Counted from the first letter of the stretch, positions 1 through 12,192 are shown. The stretch is 64,000 bases of DNA from Actinomycetota bacterium (GCA_013178005.1 JABLXL010000002.1:15220-79219); one strand, 5' to 3'. Notes: generated by a model not told the origin, from the letters alone. Translations and numbers: made by a program.

Positions 1-79
1 TGAACTCCACCAGGGAAAGCGCCTTTTCCTCCTCGATTTGCTCCACCGCCTTGGCGATCAGTGACTGCAAGCGTGCCAC
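1..79 (-). CDS. 5' end of a probable B12-binding (corrinoid) protein, running off the left edge of the window
   Basis: GTG at 79 after an AAAGGAG RBS, directly downstream of the GntR stop. Translates as MARLQSLIAKAVEQIEEEKALSLVEF, resembling the helical cap of corrinoid proteins. Only 26 codons are visible. Confidence 0.4.
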   Translation of the reverse strand, partial: MARLQSLIAKAVEQIEEEKALSLVEF

Positions 80-93
80 GTCCGGCGCTCCTT

Positions 94-828
94 TCACCGT
101 CCCTGCGAGACGGCCCTCAGCCTCACTTTTTCCTCGCGACAGTACATCCTGGAACACCCGAGGGGCCGATTTCCCGGGCCTTGTATAACCTGTTCGACGC
201 AGAGAACGTGCGCACCCTGCCTTACCTTGAGCTGCCTGGCGTTCTCGCCCGATATCGTGGTTGCATATATTTCAAGGATATTCCTTATGGGGTTGAGCTC
301 TGTATGCCTCGCCACCAGGTCGGGAAAAGCGGCGTAGGCGATCTCCCTCTCCAGCACCGGCGCCCCCTTGATATAAGGGAGGATGCGCACGTCCAGGGCG
401 AGAGGTGTGGAAGCGGAGAAGACCACTCTCTTGATGCGCAGCACGGTATCCTTGGGGCGCAGGTCCAGCCTGGCGGCGGTTTCCCCATCGGCGGCGACGA
501 CCTCCACCTCCCGCAACTCCACGCGGTAATTCCTGCTCTCGCCGAGGATGTCGTTCTCGCGCAAGTCGAGCACCAGGAAGTCCATGTGGCGCTGGGCGAC
601 GAAGCTGCCCTTTCCCTGCACCATCTGGATATAGCCTTCTCGCTCGAGGAGCTCCAGGCCGCGCCGCACGGTCATGTGGCTGATGCCGTATTCCCTCGCC
701 AACTCCGATGTGGAGGGCACCCGCTCTCCCGGCGCAAGGTCTCCGTTCTCTATGCGGACCTTGATGTCCTGCGCCAGCCTGAAATAAGCGGGAGTGAAAT
801 CCGGCCTCGCCTCCGCCACCTCAAACAC
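94..828 (-). CDS. GntR-family (HutC/UTRA) transcriptional regulator
   Basis: wHTH motif LAPGERVPSTSELAREYGISHMTVRRGL...QGKGSFV followed by a UTRA-like C-terminal domain. Confidence 0.9.
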   Translation of the reverse strand: MFEVAEARPDFTPAYFRLAQDIKVRIENGDLAPGERVPSTSELAREYGISHMTVRRGLELLEREGYIQMVQGKGSFVAQRHMDFLVLDLRENDILGESRNYRVELREVEVVAADGETAARLDLRPKDTVLRIKRVVFSASTPLALDVRILPYIKGAPVLEREIAYAAFPDLVARHTELNPIRNILEIYATTISGENARQLKVRQGAHVLCVEQVIQGPGNRPLGCSRMYCREEKVRLRAVSQGR

Positions 829-986
829 CTCCCTTTATCGCCATTGTATACGCGCCCGGATGGATTGCGGGCGCGAGGGACAACCCGCTTCGCGGTGTCG
901 ACTCGCTCTCGCCGGGGCTTCCGCGCCTCGGCGATTTGTGTCCGCCGCCATCTCCAACGGGCGCGAAGGTCTCCGCATACTTTCCG

Positions 987-2102
987 TCACGCTCCAAACT
1001 TCTTTACCGAAGCGATCATCGCCGCGACATTTTCCGGCCTGGCGTTGGGGGGGATATCGCACCCCTGGGCGAGGATAAAGCCCGCGGGCCCGATCTCCTC
1101 GATGAGCCTCTTGCAGTATTCCTCGACCTTTTCCACCGTACCCAAGGATAGCAGAGAGGCGGGGACATCGCCCATTATGCAAGCGTGATCGCCCAACACC
1201 TGCTTGGCCTTGAAGATGTCCGTGCTTCCATCGGGTGAAAAAACGATCCTCTTCGCCGGCAGCTCCCGGAGGTACTCGAGGTCCCGCGTCCAGTCGGAGT
1301 CGAAGTGGAGCACGGCGATCACGCCCTCTTCCACCACCGCTTCCACCATCTGTTTGTAGTATGGAAAGACGAAGCGCTGCCAGTGGCGGGGGGAGATGAA
1401 CTCGCTTGCCGCCCGCCATCCTCCCACCCAGGCGGCGATGGGCTTGATCATGCCGCACATCATCCTGGCATCCTCGATCATGTCGCGGATGGCTACGTCC
1501 ATGGCCGCCTGAACCTTGTCTGGAATGCGGTAGAGGTCGCGCAGGAACTGGTGCATGGACCTGCCGCCGCAGAACAACTCATATGGTATGGTGACAATGG
1601 CGGGGGAGAAGGGGACGATGCCGTGGTCCTTCATCGCCTGCATGGCGGAGGGCACGGACATGAAAAAGACGGGCAGCTTCTCTCCCAGGTTATCCAGCCT
1701 CTCGAGATAAAACCTCTCGATAAAGGGGCGGAACCCGTCGTTGATGATGGCATCGTAGTCGGATTCGCTCATGAGTTCCACTTCGTCGACCTGCCAGAGT
1801 TCGTCCTCGGGGAGGTCGCGCCCGGGGATCTTCAGGCGCGAAAGCCAGGCGGTGCTCAGGTTGTGCACGTAGAAATTGGTGTGCTGGATGCCGTCCACCT
1901 CGCCCAATTCCATAAAACATTTGAGCATGACCTGGTTGGAGAGTTCCGGGTTGGTGCAGAATTCCGAGAGCTTCACTCCCTGGTGGCGAGCGCAGAAGCT
2001 ATCGCCCAGGGGCACCACGGGCACCCTGTCCGGCCTCTCCAGCCTCACCGCGGTGAGGATACGCTCGAGCCTTTCCTCGTAAAGGTCGTTTGCCGTGGTC
2101 AT
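987..2102 (-). CDS. Uroporphyrinogen decarboxylase (URO-D)-fold protein, probably a corrinoid-linked methyltransferase (MtaA/CmuA-like)
   Basis: ERPDRVPV, FISPRHWQRFVFPY, LHFDS, CIMGDV and FILAQGCDIPPNARPENV motifs; lies next to a corrinoid protein gene. Confidence 0.85.
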   Translation of the reverse strand: MTTANDLYEERLERILTAVRLERPDRVPVVPLGDSFCARHQGVKLSEFCTNPELSNQVMLKCFMELGEVDGIQHTNFYVHNLSTAWLSRLKIPGRDLPEDELWQVDEVELMSESDYDAIINDGFRPFIERFYLERLDNLGEKLPVFFMSVPSAMQAMKDHGIVPFSPAIVTIPYELFCGGRSMHQFLRDLYRIPDKVQAAMDVAIRDMIEDARMMCGMIKPIAAWVGGWRAASEFISPRHWQRFVFPYYKQMVEAVVEEGVIAVLHFDSDWTRDLEYLRELPAKRIVFSPDGSTDIFKAKQVLGDHACIMGDVPASLLSLGTVEKVEEYCKRLIEEIGPAGFILAQGCDIPPNARPENVAAMIASVKKFGA

Positions 2103-2103
2103 C

Positions 2104-2730
2104 TCAACTCACCCCCAGGAGTTCCCTGGCGATCCTTATCCCGGTGGGTGCGTCCACGCAATAGGCGTCCGCCCCGCAATAATCCGCCGTGCCCTGGTCC
2201 ACGGGACCCCCGCCCACGAGGACCTTCACTCCGTCGCGCAACCCCGCCTCTTTCAGGGCCTCCACCGTCTCCCGCATGCTGTTGAAGCTGGTGGTGAGAA
2301 GGCATGAGAGGCCCACCAGTTGCGGCTTATACTCCTTGACCGCTTCCACGAATCTCTGAGGCGGAACGTCCACGCCCAGGTCCACCACCTCGAAGCCGTT
2401 GCTTCCGAAGATGAGCCCCACGATGTTCTTGCCGATGTCGTGGATGTCGCCCGCCACCGTCCCCAGGACCATGGTGGCGATCTTTTCCTTACTACCCTTG
2501 AGTGTATCACCGAGCGAAGCGGTGGCGGCGGTGAAGATGTCCGCCGCCATTATCAGCTCGGGCAGGTAGTATTCCTGGTTCTGGAAGCGTTCCCCCACCA
2601 TAACCATGCCCTTCTGGAGGTCGGCGAGGATCTCCTCCGCCGTCACTCCTTCCTCGAGTTTCCTCCGCACTTCCTCGCCTACCTCATCCTCCCTGAGGTC
2701 AGCGAGCTTTTCCGCCAACGTTTCCTGCAT
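2104..2730 (-). CDS. Corrinoid (cobalamin-binding) protein, MtaC/MttC-like
   Basis: GTVAGDIHDIGKN (DxHxxG), GLSCLL and VGGGP motifs; ATG at 2730 with a GAAGGAGG RBS. Confidence 0.92.
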   Translation of the reverse strand: MQETLAEKLADLREDEVGEEVRRKLEEGVTAEEILADLQKGMVMVGERFQNQEYYLPELIMAADIFTAATASLGDTLKGSKEKIATMVLGTVAGDIHDIGKNIVGLIFGSNGFEVVDLGVDVPPQRFVEAVKEYKPQLVGLSCLLTTSFNSMRETVEALKEAGLRDGVKVLVGGGPVDQGTADYCGADAYCVDAPTGIRIARELLGVS

Positions 2731-2863
2731 TGCCGAACCTCCTTCCGCATGGGGCTGCTCACCTCGAGCTCGTCCACGCCGCCGTCCTGCCTGGTTTTGC
2801 GTAACAGGTGTCCGCACCCGCCTGCACCTGGCGTGCCCGCCACCAGGTACAGGCGGGCTTGGA

Positions 2864-2907
2864 ACTTATATATATAACTATATACATGGCGGAGCGGCGG
2901 CTGTCAA
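2864..2907 (-). promoter_or_regulatory. Sigma70-type promoter of the corrinoid operon, overlapped by an AT-rich near-palindrome (candidate GntR operator)
   Basis: Minus strand reads TTGACA (2907-2902), 17 bp, TATATA (2884-2879) with an extended TG, followed by GTTATATATATAAGT. Confidence 0.6.
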
Positions 2908-3019
2908 GCCCCGTTGGTATGGGGGACTGCAGACGAACAGGGGCGAAAGTGACAGATCAGCGATTTTAACTCTCGAATACCCATTCTTTTTGATGATGCG
3001 CGTCTCGAGGAGGTGGTAT

Positions 3020-3109
3020 ATGCAGATGAAATTCGCAGTGTGTTGCGGTTTCTGCCGGGAAGATCGACCGTCCCTGGATGAGCCATCGTGCTCCTTCCTC
3101 CCCAGTTGA
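3020..3109 (+). CDS. Putative 29-aa Cys-rich small peptide
   Basis: GAGGAGGTGG Shine-Dalgarno just upstream of ATG; MQMKFAVCCGFCREDRPSLDEPSCSFLPS. No family recognised. Confidence 0.3.
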   Translation: MQMKFAVCCGFCREDRPSLDEPSCSFLPS

Positions 3110-3264
3110 GACGGTGGCACATAGCAGGCAGAGGACAGTGAATCGAAGAAAGGAGGACTGTTCTTCGAGAACCCCGATCTCTTAGGTGTTTAAGAATGAA
3201 GGTACAGCGCTCGATGCTTCCCAACCTTTTGCCCGTAAGGAATCGCTGTGCCTCGGATCCGTCG

Positions 3265-4455
3265 TCACTCCTTCCTCGACGCACGGGTAGGTAATTCTGT
3301 GTCTTCTGTGGACATTCGGGAGGTGGTCACGCGGGAGCCGCGGCCGATGTCCCGCATGATGAGCATGAAGGCCGCGCCGCCGACGAGCAGGCCGAGGTAA
3401 AAATCCATGAAGCGCCAGATGAGGGTGAGGAGCCCCGCCGCGCCCAGGTCCGGCAGCACGCTTTTATAGACGTAGAGGAAACCGACCTCCCCGATGCCGC
3501 TGCCCCCGGGGGTGGGTACGAAGGGCATGAGGATGTGCACCACAAGTTGCGCCACCACCGCCCGCCAGAAGTAGGAGCCGTAACCCAGCCCGACCACGGC
3601 GACGGGCACGGCGAGGAAACCGGTGAACCAGTACAGGCAGGTGAGAAGGCCCACGGCCAGCAGCCTGGCTCGTCCGATGCGTGCCAGGCGGCGCAGGCAG
3701 ATCACGAAGGCCTGGATCTCGGCGATCAGCCTCTCCAGGAAGCGCTGGTACCAGGCGCGTTTGCGGAGGAACGCGGGCGAGTGCTTGAGAAGGGTGTCTC
3801 CCACCGCGCTGTGCGGGCGGAGGATGGCCCACAACACCAGCGCGAGATAGAGAAGCCCCACGGCCAGGGCGGAGAAAAGGAAACCCTGGATGGACATGGA
3901 AAGGTCGATGTATTTGCGCGCCACGAGGATCACGAAGGGAAAGAAGAGCATGAGCAAGGCCGTGGATATGCAGGCGCCGAAGGAGACCACGGCCACGCTT
4001 TCCCCTGGCCCCAGGCCGTAGGCGTAAAGGAAGGCCATCTCGCCCGTGACCCCTCCCGCCCTCCAGGGAGTGACAAGGCCGGAGAAGTAACCTGCATAGA
4101 CCGTCTTGGTTATGTCGGCCAGGCGCACCTTCTCGCCCACGGAACGGATGAGCAGGCGCATGCGCACCACGGACCAGAGCCAGCGTCCCAGGGATAGGGA
4201 GGCGGCGAGCACGAGAAAGCCAGGGGAGAGGTTGGAGAGAGCGCTCAGCGTGGCCCTGTCCAGGGTGGCCAGGGAGATCACGATGAGGGTGGCGACGGAG
4301 AGGGACACGGCGAGAAAAAAACCTCGCCTGAGCTTGGAGCCCTTGGGGGATCCGCCGTCTCGAGATACCCTCTTTCCGGCTTCCTGGTCGTCCTTCATGG
4401 CAACCTGCCCGCTTGCGGGATGTTCGGTGGTTTCCGACGTTTTCTCTTCGCCCAT
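3265..4455 (-). CDS. Lysylphosphatidylglycerol synthase TM-like / flippase-like membrane protein (UPF0104)
   Basis: Multi-TM protein with GLVTPWRAGG, PTPGGSGIGE and LIWRFMDFY motifs. Confidence 0.85.
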   Translation of the reverse strand: MGEEKTSETTEHPASGQVAMKDDQEAGKRVSRDGGSPKGSKLRRGFFLAVSLSVATLIVISLATLDRATLSALSNLSPGFLVLAASLSLGRWLWSVVRMRLLIRSVGEKVRLADITKTVYAGYFSGLVTPWRAGGVTGEMAFLYAYGLGPGESVAVVSFGACISTALLMLFFPFVILVARKYIDLSMSIQGFLFSALAVGLLYLALVLWAILRPHSAVGDTLLKHSPAFLRKRAWYQRFLERLIAEIQAFVICLRRLARIGRARLLAVGLLTCLYWFTGFLAVPVAVVGLGYGSYFWRAVVAQLVVHILMPFVPTPGGSGIGEVGFLYVYKSVLPDLGAAGLLTLIWRFMDFYLGLLVGGAAFMLIMRDIGRGSRVTTSRMSTEDTELPTRASRKE

Positions 4456-4476
4456 GGGGACATTCTACTTTAAATT

Positions 4477-4810
4477 GGGGTCGTATCTTTACTTTTTCAT
4501 TCCGCCGTGGCGTAAGGCAAACACCCAACGCATTCCCGGAACAAAAAAGTCAAGACACGACCCGGTCTCATAACCGGATGCGGGGTCATGTCTTTACTTT
4601 TTCATTCCGCCGCGGCGCAGGACAAACACCCAACGTCATCCCGGAACAAAAAAGTCAAGACACGACCCGGGTTCATAACCGGATGCGGGGTCATGTCTTT
4701 ACTTTTTCATTCCGCCGCGGCGCAGGACAAACACCCAACGTCATCCCGGAACAAAAAAGTCAAGACACGACCCGGTTCAAGACACAACCCGGTTCAAGAT
4801 ACGACCTGGG
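4477..4810. repeat. Three tandem 105-bp units, each bounded by ~21-bp imperfect inverted repeats (REP/REPIN-like), ending in 17-bp tandem copies of the right arm
   Basis: Units start at 4477, 4582 and 4687. Left arm GGGGTCRTRTCTTTACTTTTT, right arm AAAAAAGTCAAGACACGACCC; tail TCAAGAYACRACCYGG x3. Confidence 0.9.
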
Positions 4811-5001
4811 TGAGCCGCCTCATGGCCTGCGGCAAGCCAAGGGCGCATCATAATGGTAGAGGGTATTGCCCGATGTAAGTTTCCGCGTTATGGGAATGAT
4901 AAGCGAAAGGGCAACTTGTAAATCGCGCGGGCAAAATGGCCGCGCGGCAGGAAGGTCGCCGCGGGCGGTTGAGAAAAAAGCTGAGACGGGAGGCCAGGGA
5001 C

Positions 5002-7581
<2,580 letters not shown>

Positions 7582-7698
7582 GTCGATAGCTATGATGTTG
7601 TAATCGGAACTTGGCGGGATTTAAAGCCATGGGCCAGGGATCTGACGCCGGTTCGCGGCGTAACGGCAGGTGGACGGAACGGGAAAGGAGCATGTGAA

Positions 7699-7863
7699 AT
7701 GTTCGGTAAAGCTACCGATCCGGTATGCGGCATGAAGATAAGCAAGAAAGACGCCGCAGCCACGTCCGAGTACGGCGGCAAGACCGTCTATTTCTGCAAC
7801 CGGGCGTGCAAGGAGGAGTTCGACAAGGACCCGGAAAGGTATATCCAGCGCGCGAAGGGATAG
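7699..7863 (+). CDS. YHS-domain protein (54 aa, not in the ORF track)
   Basis: GAAAGGAG RBS; MFGKATDPVCGMKI...EYGGKTVYFCNRACKEEFDKDPERY is a typical YHS pattern. Confidence 0.88.
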   Translation: MFGKATDPVCGMKISKKDAAATSEYGGKTVYFCNRACKEEFDKDPERYIQRAKG

Positions 7864-7920
7864 GCGGGCTTGCCGGCGCTCCGCTCGCGGCGGCCGTGAG
7901 CGCATGGAGGGGGGTTCGGT

Positions 7921-8427
7921 TTGAAGGAAGACGGGTTCGATACGGGCCGGGCGCCATCCGATCTCTCGGAGCATTTCGATTACCGCGCCGCCACGCGAGC
8001 CAGGGCCGAGGAGGGCACGGTGGTCTCGGTGCACGGGGAGACGGCGAAGGTGCTGATGAGGCGGAGCCGCATGTGCGAGGGATGCGGGTCCTGCTGCGTG
8101 AAGGTGGACGAAGACGGCATGTTGGCGGACGCCGTGAACCGCGCGGGCGCGAAACCGGGCGACCGCGTGCTGGTCGATCTCCCCGAAAGCCTCTCCATCC
8201 GCGCCGCATTCATCCTCTACGGGGTGCCCTTGCTTTTCTTCTTCGCCGGGCTGGGGCTGGGGGCGCTGCTCAGCCTGGCCGCTCTGGGAGGAAAGCTCAG
8301 CGTGCCGCTGTCCGTGGCGTCCGGCTTCGCGCTGCTGGTCGTCTCCTACATCCTCCTTTCGCGCGTTTACCGTGCCGGCTCACGCGCCGCGGACCGCTAC
8401 CGCCCGGTCATCGTCAAGGTGCTGTGA
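7921..8427 (+). CDS. RseC/MucC family membrane protein
   Basis: EEGTVV...CEGCGSC...NRAGAKPGDRV...AAFILYGVPL with two TM helices, ending PVIVKVL. Confidence 0.85.
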   Translation: MKEDGFDTGRAPSDLSEHFDYRAATRARAEEGTVVSVHGETAKVLMRRSRMCEGCGSCCVKVDEDGMLADAVNRAGAKPGDRVLVDLPESLSIRAAFILYGVPLLFFFAGLGLGALLSLAALGGKLSVPLSVASGFALLVVSYILLSRVYRAGSRAADRYRPVIVKVL

Positions 8428-9023
8428 CGGAAACGGAGACGTAACCTCGCCGTTGAGGCGACCGGCGTGCCCTGCCGGCTGCCCGGTATTCCGATTGAAC
8501 GGCCAAGGCGAGAGATAGAGATCGCCCCGTCCTCCTCGTGGGGTTCGCCTATCTTGCGGGAGCGACGCGGCGGCTTACTTACCTACTTTTTTCGCCACCG
8601 CGCATCGAAGGCAACAACCGGCGCTTTCAAGCCAAGAGCGGTTAATCCCTTTGCTCGGCCACGCTCGATATTATTGAATGCCTGGAACCATGATCGTATC
8701 TTCGTTCTTCTGTTTTTTATAGAAGCAATGCGTATCTGCCTGGCGAAATGGCGATATTGATAAATTGATAATATTACAACCCCTACCTCCCGACCCTTAT
8801 CTCCTTTCCGCTGTATCCTGCCGGCCAGCAGGACCAATCGAACCCTACCGTTCAACATGGGAGGCGCATCACGGCGCGTCGCTTTTTGCAGCGGCCATCT
8901 GTTGACGGCAAAGCGCACCACGGGAAATGCTCGTATGGATCCATGTGGCAGTTCGTCCCACGTGTCCGGGGCGCCGAGGTGATATACTCTGATGGCAAGG
9001 GGGTGATCGTGGTGGTTGGCGGT

Positions 9024-9395
9024 ATGCGTGTCGTGGAGGGAGAAGGAGTGCCCCTGCCCAGGGGTCCCTATTCGCCCGCGGTAACCTGGGACAAACTGGT
9101 ATTCGTCTCCGGGCTGCTCGCGATAAACCCGGACGGCAGGGAGGTAGCCGGGGACGTGCGCGAGGAAGCCATGGTGGTGCTCAGGAACCTCAAGCGCATC
9201 CTGGAGGAAGCGGGAAGCGGGATGGAGAGGGTGCTCTCGGTGGGCGTCTACCTGGCGGATATCGGGGATCTGCCCGCGTTCAACGAGGTTTACGAGGAGT
9301 TCTTCCGGCCGCCGTATCCTGCCCGAACCGCCATCGGCGTGTCCCTTTTGGGCGGGTTCCGCGTGGAGCTCTCAGCCGTGGCGTACCGGGAATAA
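9024..9395 (+). CDS. RidA/YjgF family protein
   Basis: GPYSPAV, FVSG, FNEVYEEFF and PARTA...RVELSAVA motifs. Confidence 0.9.
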   Translation: MRVVEGEGVPLPRGPYSPAVTWDKLVFVSGLLAINPDGREVAGDVREEAMVVLRNLKRILEEAGSGMERVLSVGVYLADIGDLPAFNEVYEEFFRPPYPARTAIGVSLLGGFRVELSAVAYRE

Positions 9396-9566
9396 TCCGC
9401 GCGGCGAGGAAAATGCAGCGGCGCGCCGGCGCTTGCGGGCTACGATAGGAGATCGAGTTCGAACGCGTCTTTTCGGGGCGGTGCCGGTTTGCCCCGAACT
9501 CGACCGAGCGCCCAGCGCCGGGAAGCGGGGCGGTACCATGAAAGCGGTGGATAGTGGAGGAGGGGC

Positions 9567-10868
9567 ATGATGAGCAAGGTGGCGGTGGTCGCTGCAGGCG
9601 ACGATATGGAAGCCTCCGTGGAGCGCGTTTTCGAGCCCTTCGGCGGCGTGAGGGAGGTGCTGGGCGGCAGGAAGGGCGTATTCATCAAGGTCAACGCCGT
9701 CGATTACAAGTCCCACAGCTATACCGACCCGGCGGTGGTCAAGGCCGCGGCGAGCTTGTTCAAGGCTGCGGGGGCCCGCGAGGTCTACGTGATGGAGAAC
9801 TGCACCCAGGCCGCGTTCACGCGGCTGGTTTTCCGCGTGACGGGCTTGGAAAAAGCGGCCCGGGAGGCGGGCGCCGTGCCCCTGTACCTCGACGAGGGGA
9901 AGCAGGTGGAGATAACCCTTCCTACCCTCGGTTACGACGTGCACGTCTCCCGCTGGGTGAAGGAAAGGCTCATGGAGGGCCGGGACGACAACCTCTACCT
10001 GAGCATACCCAAGCTCAAGACGCACTCCATGGCCACGGTGACCCTGGGGGTCAAGAACCAGTTCGGCTTGATCATGCAGGGCGATCGCATTAGGGACCAC
10101 AACTTCAACCTGCACCGCAAGTTCGCCGATATCTACGCTGTGATCAGGCCCGACTTCACCCTCATCGAGGGCATCTACGCCATGAACCATGGCCACGACC
10201 ACCCGGAAGGGCTGGTGGGCAGGTGCGCCGAACGCCTGGGGGTCCTGATCGGCGGGGACGATACCCTGGCGGTGGACGCGGTGGGCTGCGATATCATGGG
10301 TATCGATCCGCGCGGCGTGGAACACTTGAGGCTTGCCGCGGAAGGAGAGTGGGGCACCGTCAACCTTGAAGAGATCGAGGTGATAGGAGACCCCGATCCG
10401 TTCCGGCGCCGGTACACCAGCGAGCTCCTCGACGTCTATCCCGCGGACGTGGAGATCATCGAGGGCGAGGAGAGATGCTGCCCCGAGGGATGCAGTCTCA
10501 ACACCCGCATGGTCCTGCAGTACCTTTTCGTGGACCATGGCGGGCGGGGCGGATTCAGCATCGTCATGGGCAAGGGGTTCGGCCCCGAGAGTCTTTCGTC
10601 GCTCAAGGGCAAGGTCTTGGTGGTGGGGGATTGCGCGTACGAAGAGGCATACCCCGGGCTTGTTGAAAGGTTGGGGAAGAGGGCGGTACGGTCGGCCCGC
10701 GGCTGCAACAACCTGCGCGATGTGCTGGGCGCCCTGACGCCGCTCATGGGAGTCAATCCCTTGAAGATGGTGCCGCTTCCGGCGCTGGAGTCGCTTGGCC
10801 TGCTGGCCAGGGCCCGGCTCCACCGCACCTCGGCGCGCATCACGCCCATTATCCCCAGGAGGGGGTAG
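9567..10868 (+). CDS. DUF362 domain protein, probably Fe-S binding
   Basis: VFIKVN, TDP, IPKLKTH...TLGVKNQFG and LAVDAV motifs; Cys-rich C-terminus (CCPEGC, GDCA, GCNN). Confidence 0.8.
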   Translation: MMSKVAVVAAGDDMEASVERVFEPFGGVREVLGGRKGVFIKVNAVDYKSHSYTDPAVVKAAASLFKAAGAREVYVMENCTQAAFTRLVFRVTGLEKAAREAGAVPLYLDEGKQVEITLPTLGYDVHVSRWVKERLMEGRDDNLYLSIPKLKTHSMATVTLGVKNQFGLIMQGDRIRDHNFNLHRKFADIYAVIRPDFTLIEGIYAMNHGHDHPEGLVGRCAERLGVLIGGDDTLAVDAVGCDIMGIDPRGVEHLRLAAEGEWGTVNLEEIEVIGDPDPFRRRYTSELLDVYPADVEIIEGEERCCPEGCSLNTRMVLQYLFVDHGGRGGFSIVMGKGFGPESLSSLKGKVLVVGDCAYEEAYPGLVERLGKRAVRSARGCNNLRDVLGALTPLMGVNPLKMVPLPALESLGLLARARLHRTSARITPIIPRRG

Positions 10869-10932
10869 GGGGTTATCTCCGGGCCGCTATATCTGCGGCC
10901 ACTCCGGCATGAAAAAGGATATCTGCAAGGCG

Positions 10933-12192
10933 ATGCGGGAGAGAGGGGATTCGTTGGTAAAGGAAACGACGATAGAGCGCAGGCCGCGCGAGGTCTCTTC
11001 CGGCGATGCCCTTCCGGAGGAAATCGAGGCTGCCAGGATGGGCAGAAACCCCGTGCTGTTTCTCCCCGGGTTCCTGCGCCTCAACGCCCTCACCTCCACC
11101 ATGCGCAGGCGCCTCAAGAACCTCGATTTCGAAGTTTACACCATGCGCCCGCCGTTTCTGGGGTCGGGGGACCTGCGCCGCTACGCACAAGCGTTGCGCG
11201 AGAAGATGAGGGAGATGAGGGTGCTTCTGGGGGCGAGGAAGCTTTCCCTTATCGGGCAGGGCACGGGAGGCCTGGCGGCCAGGTACGCGGTGGAGCAACT
11301 GGGAGCCCACGAGTACCTGGACAAGCTGGTGATGCTCGGCACCCCGAACCACGGCTCGCTCTCCTTCTACCCCTTTGGGTTGTTCGCGGCGGCGCGCGAG
11401 GCCTTACCCACCAGCGCTTTCCTGCACGCGTTGAACGAGGGATACCGGAAGATACGGGATGAGGATGAGCTCTCTATATATGTATCTATCTATACCCCCC
11501 TGGACTTAGCGGTCGTGCCCTGGTGGAGCTCCCGGCTTGAGGGGGCCGAGAACTTGCGCGCCAGATGGCCGACCACCCACATGGGTCTGGTGAGGTCACG
11601 CAGAATAGCCCAGGTGGTGGCGGGCCTTCTCGAGGGGGAGGCAGGCCACGGGGCGGCCGCCGCGGATCGGGGAGAGAACCTGCTTTTAAGGGAGTTAACG
11701 GAGAACCTGGAAAAGAATCCCATGGACGAAGGCGACCTGTTCCGCCGTGGGAGGCTCCTGTTCGACCACGGCTATTTCAGCCTGGCCGTGAAGGACTTCA
11801 CGAGGCTCATCAAACTGCGGCCGGACCTCCCGGAGGCCTACATGCTGCGGGGGAAGGCGCTGAGGCGCAAGATAAACCCCGGGGAGAACCCCATCTACAA
11901 CCGCGCCGTGCGCGATTTCAACCAGGCGATCAGGATGAAACCGGGGTGGGCGGAGGCCTACTACGAAAGGGGCGTGTGCTACGCCCTCCTCAACGCCTGG
12001 CCGGAGGCCGTGGACAGCTGGGACCGCGCCCTGATCATCGACCGCGACCTTTATCCCGCCTACCTCGCCAGGGGCTTGGGGAGGATGAAGAGAGGGGATT
12101 TCGCGGGCGCGGTCGAGGATTTCACAGAGGTCCTGCGCATCCAGCCCGACGAGCCGGAGGCGACGCGCTTCCTCTCCGAGTTGGGCGTATAA
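10933..12192 (+). CDS. Alpha/beta-hydrolase (lipase-like) domain fused to TPR repeats; nucleophile motif degenerate
   Basis: PVLFLPGF, LIGQGTGGLAAR, LVMLGTPNHG and THMGL, then several TPRs (EAYMLRG, EAYYERG, AYLARG). Start uncertain. Confidence 0.75.
   Translation: MRERGDSLVKETTIERRPREVSSGDALPEEIEAARMGRNPVLFLPGFLRLNALTSTMRRRLKNLDFEVYTMRPPFLGSGDLRRYAQALREKMREMRVLLGARKLSLIGQGTGGLAARYAVEQLGAHEYLDKLVMLGTPNHGSLSFYPFGLFAAAREALPTSAFLHALNEGYRKIRDEDELSIYVSIYTPLDLAVVPWWSSRLEGAENLRARWPTTHMGLVRSRRIAQVVAGLLEGEAGHGAAAADRGENLLLRELTENLEKNPMDEGDLFRRGRLLFDHGYFSLAVKDFTRLIKLRPDLPEAYMLRGKALRRKINPGENPIYNRAVRDFNQAIRMKPGWAEAYYERGVCYALLNAWPEAVDSWDRALIIDRDLYPAYLARGLGRMKRGDFAGAVEDFTEVLRIQPDEPEATRFLSELGV

Noticed and set aside
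3107..3124. Selenocysteine read-through of the small ORF's TGA
   Set aside because: Read-through would add only a few residues, and no convincing SECIS follows directly.
4477..4810. CRISPR array
   Set aside because: The sequences between repeats are near identical rather than unique spacers, the arms alternate in orientation, and no cas genes are present.
4849..4870. CsoR operator upstream of copA
   Set aside because: Only one half-site (GGGTAT) matches and there is no palindrome.
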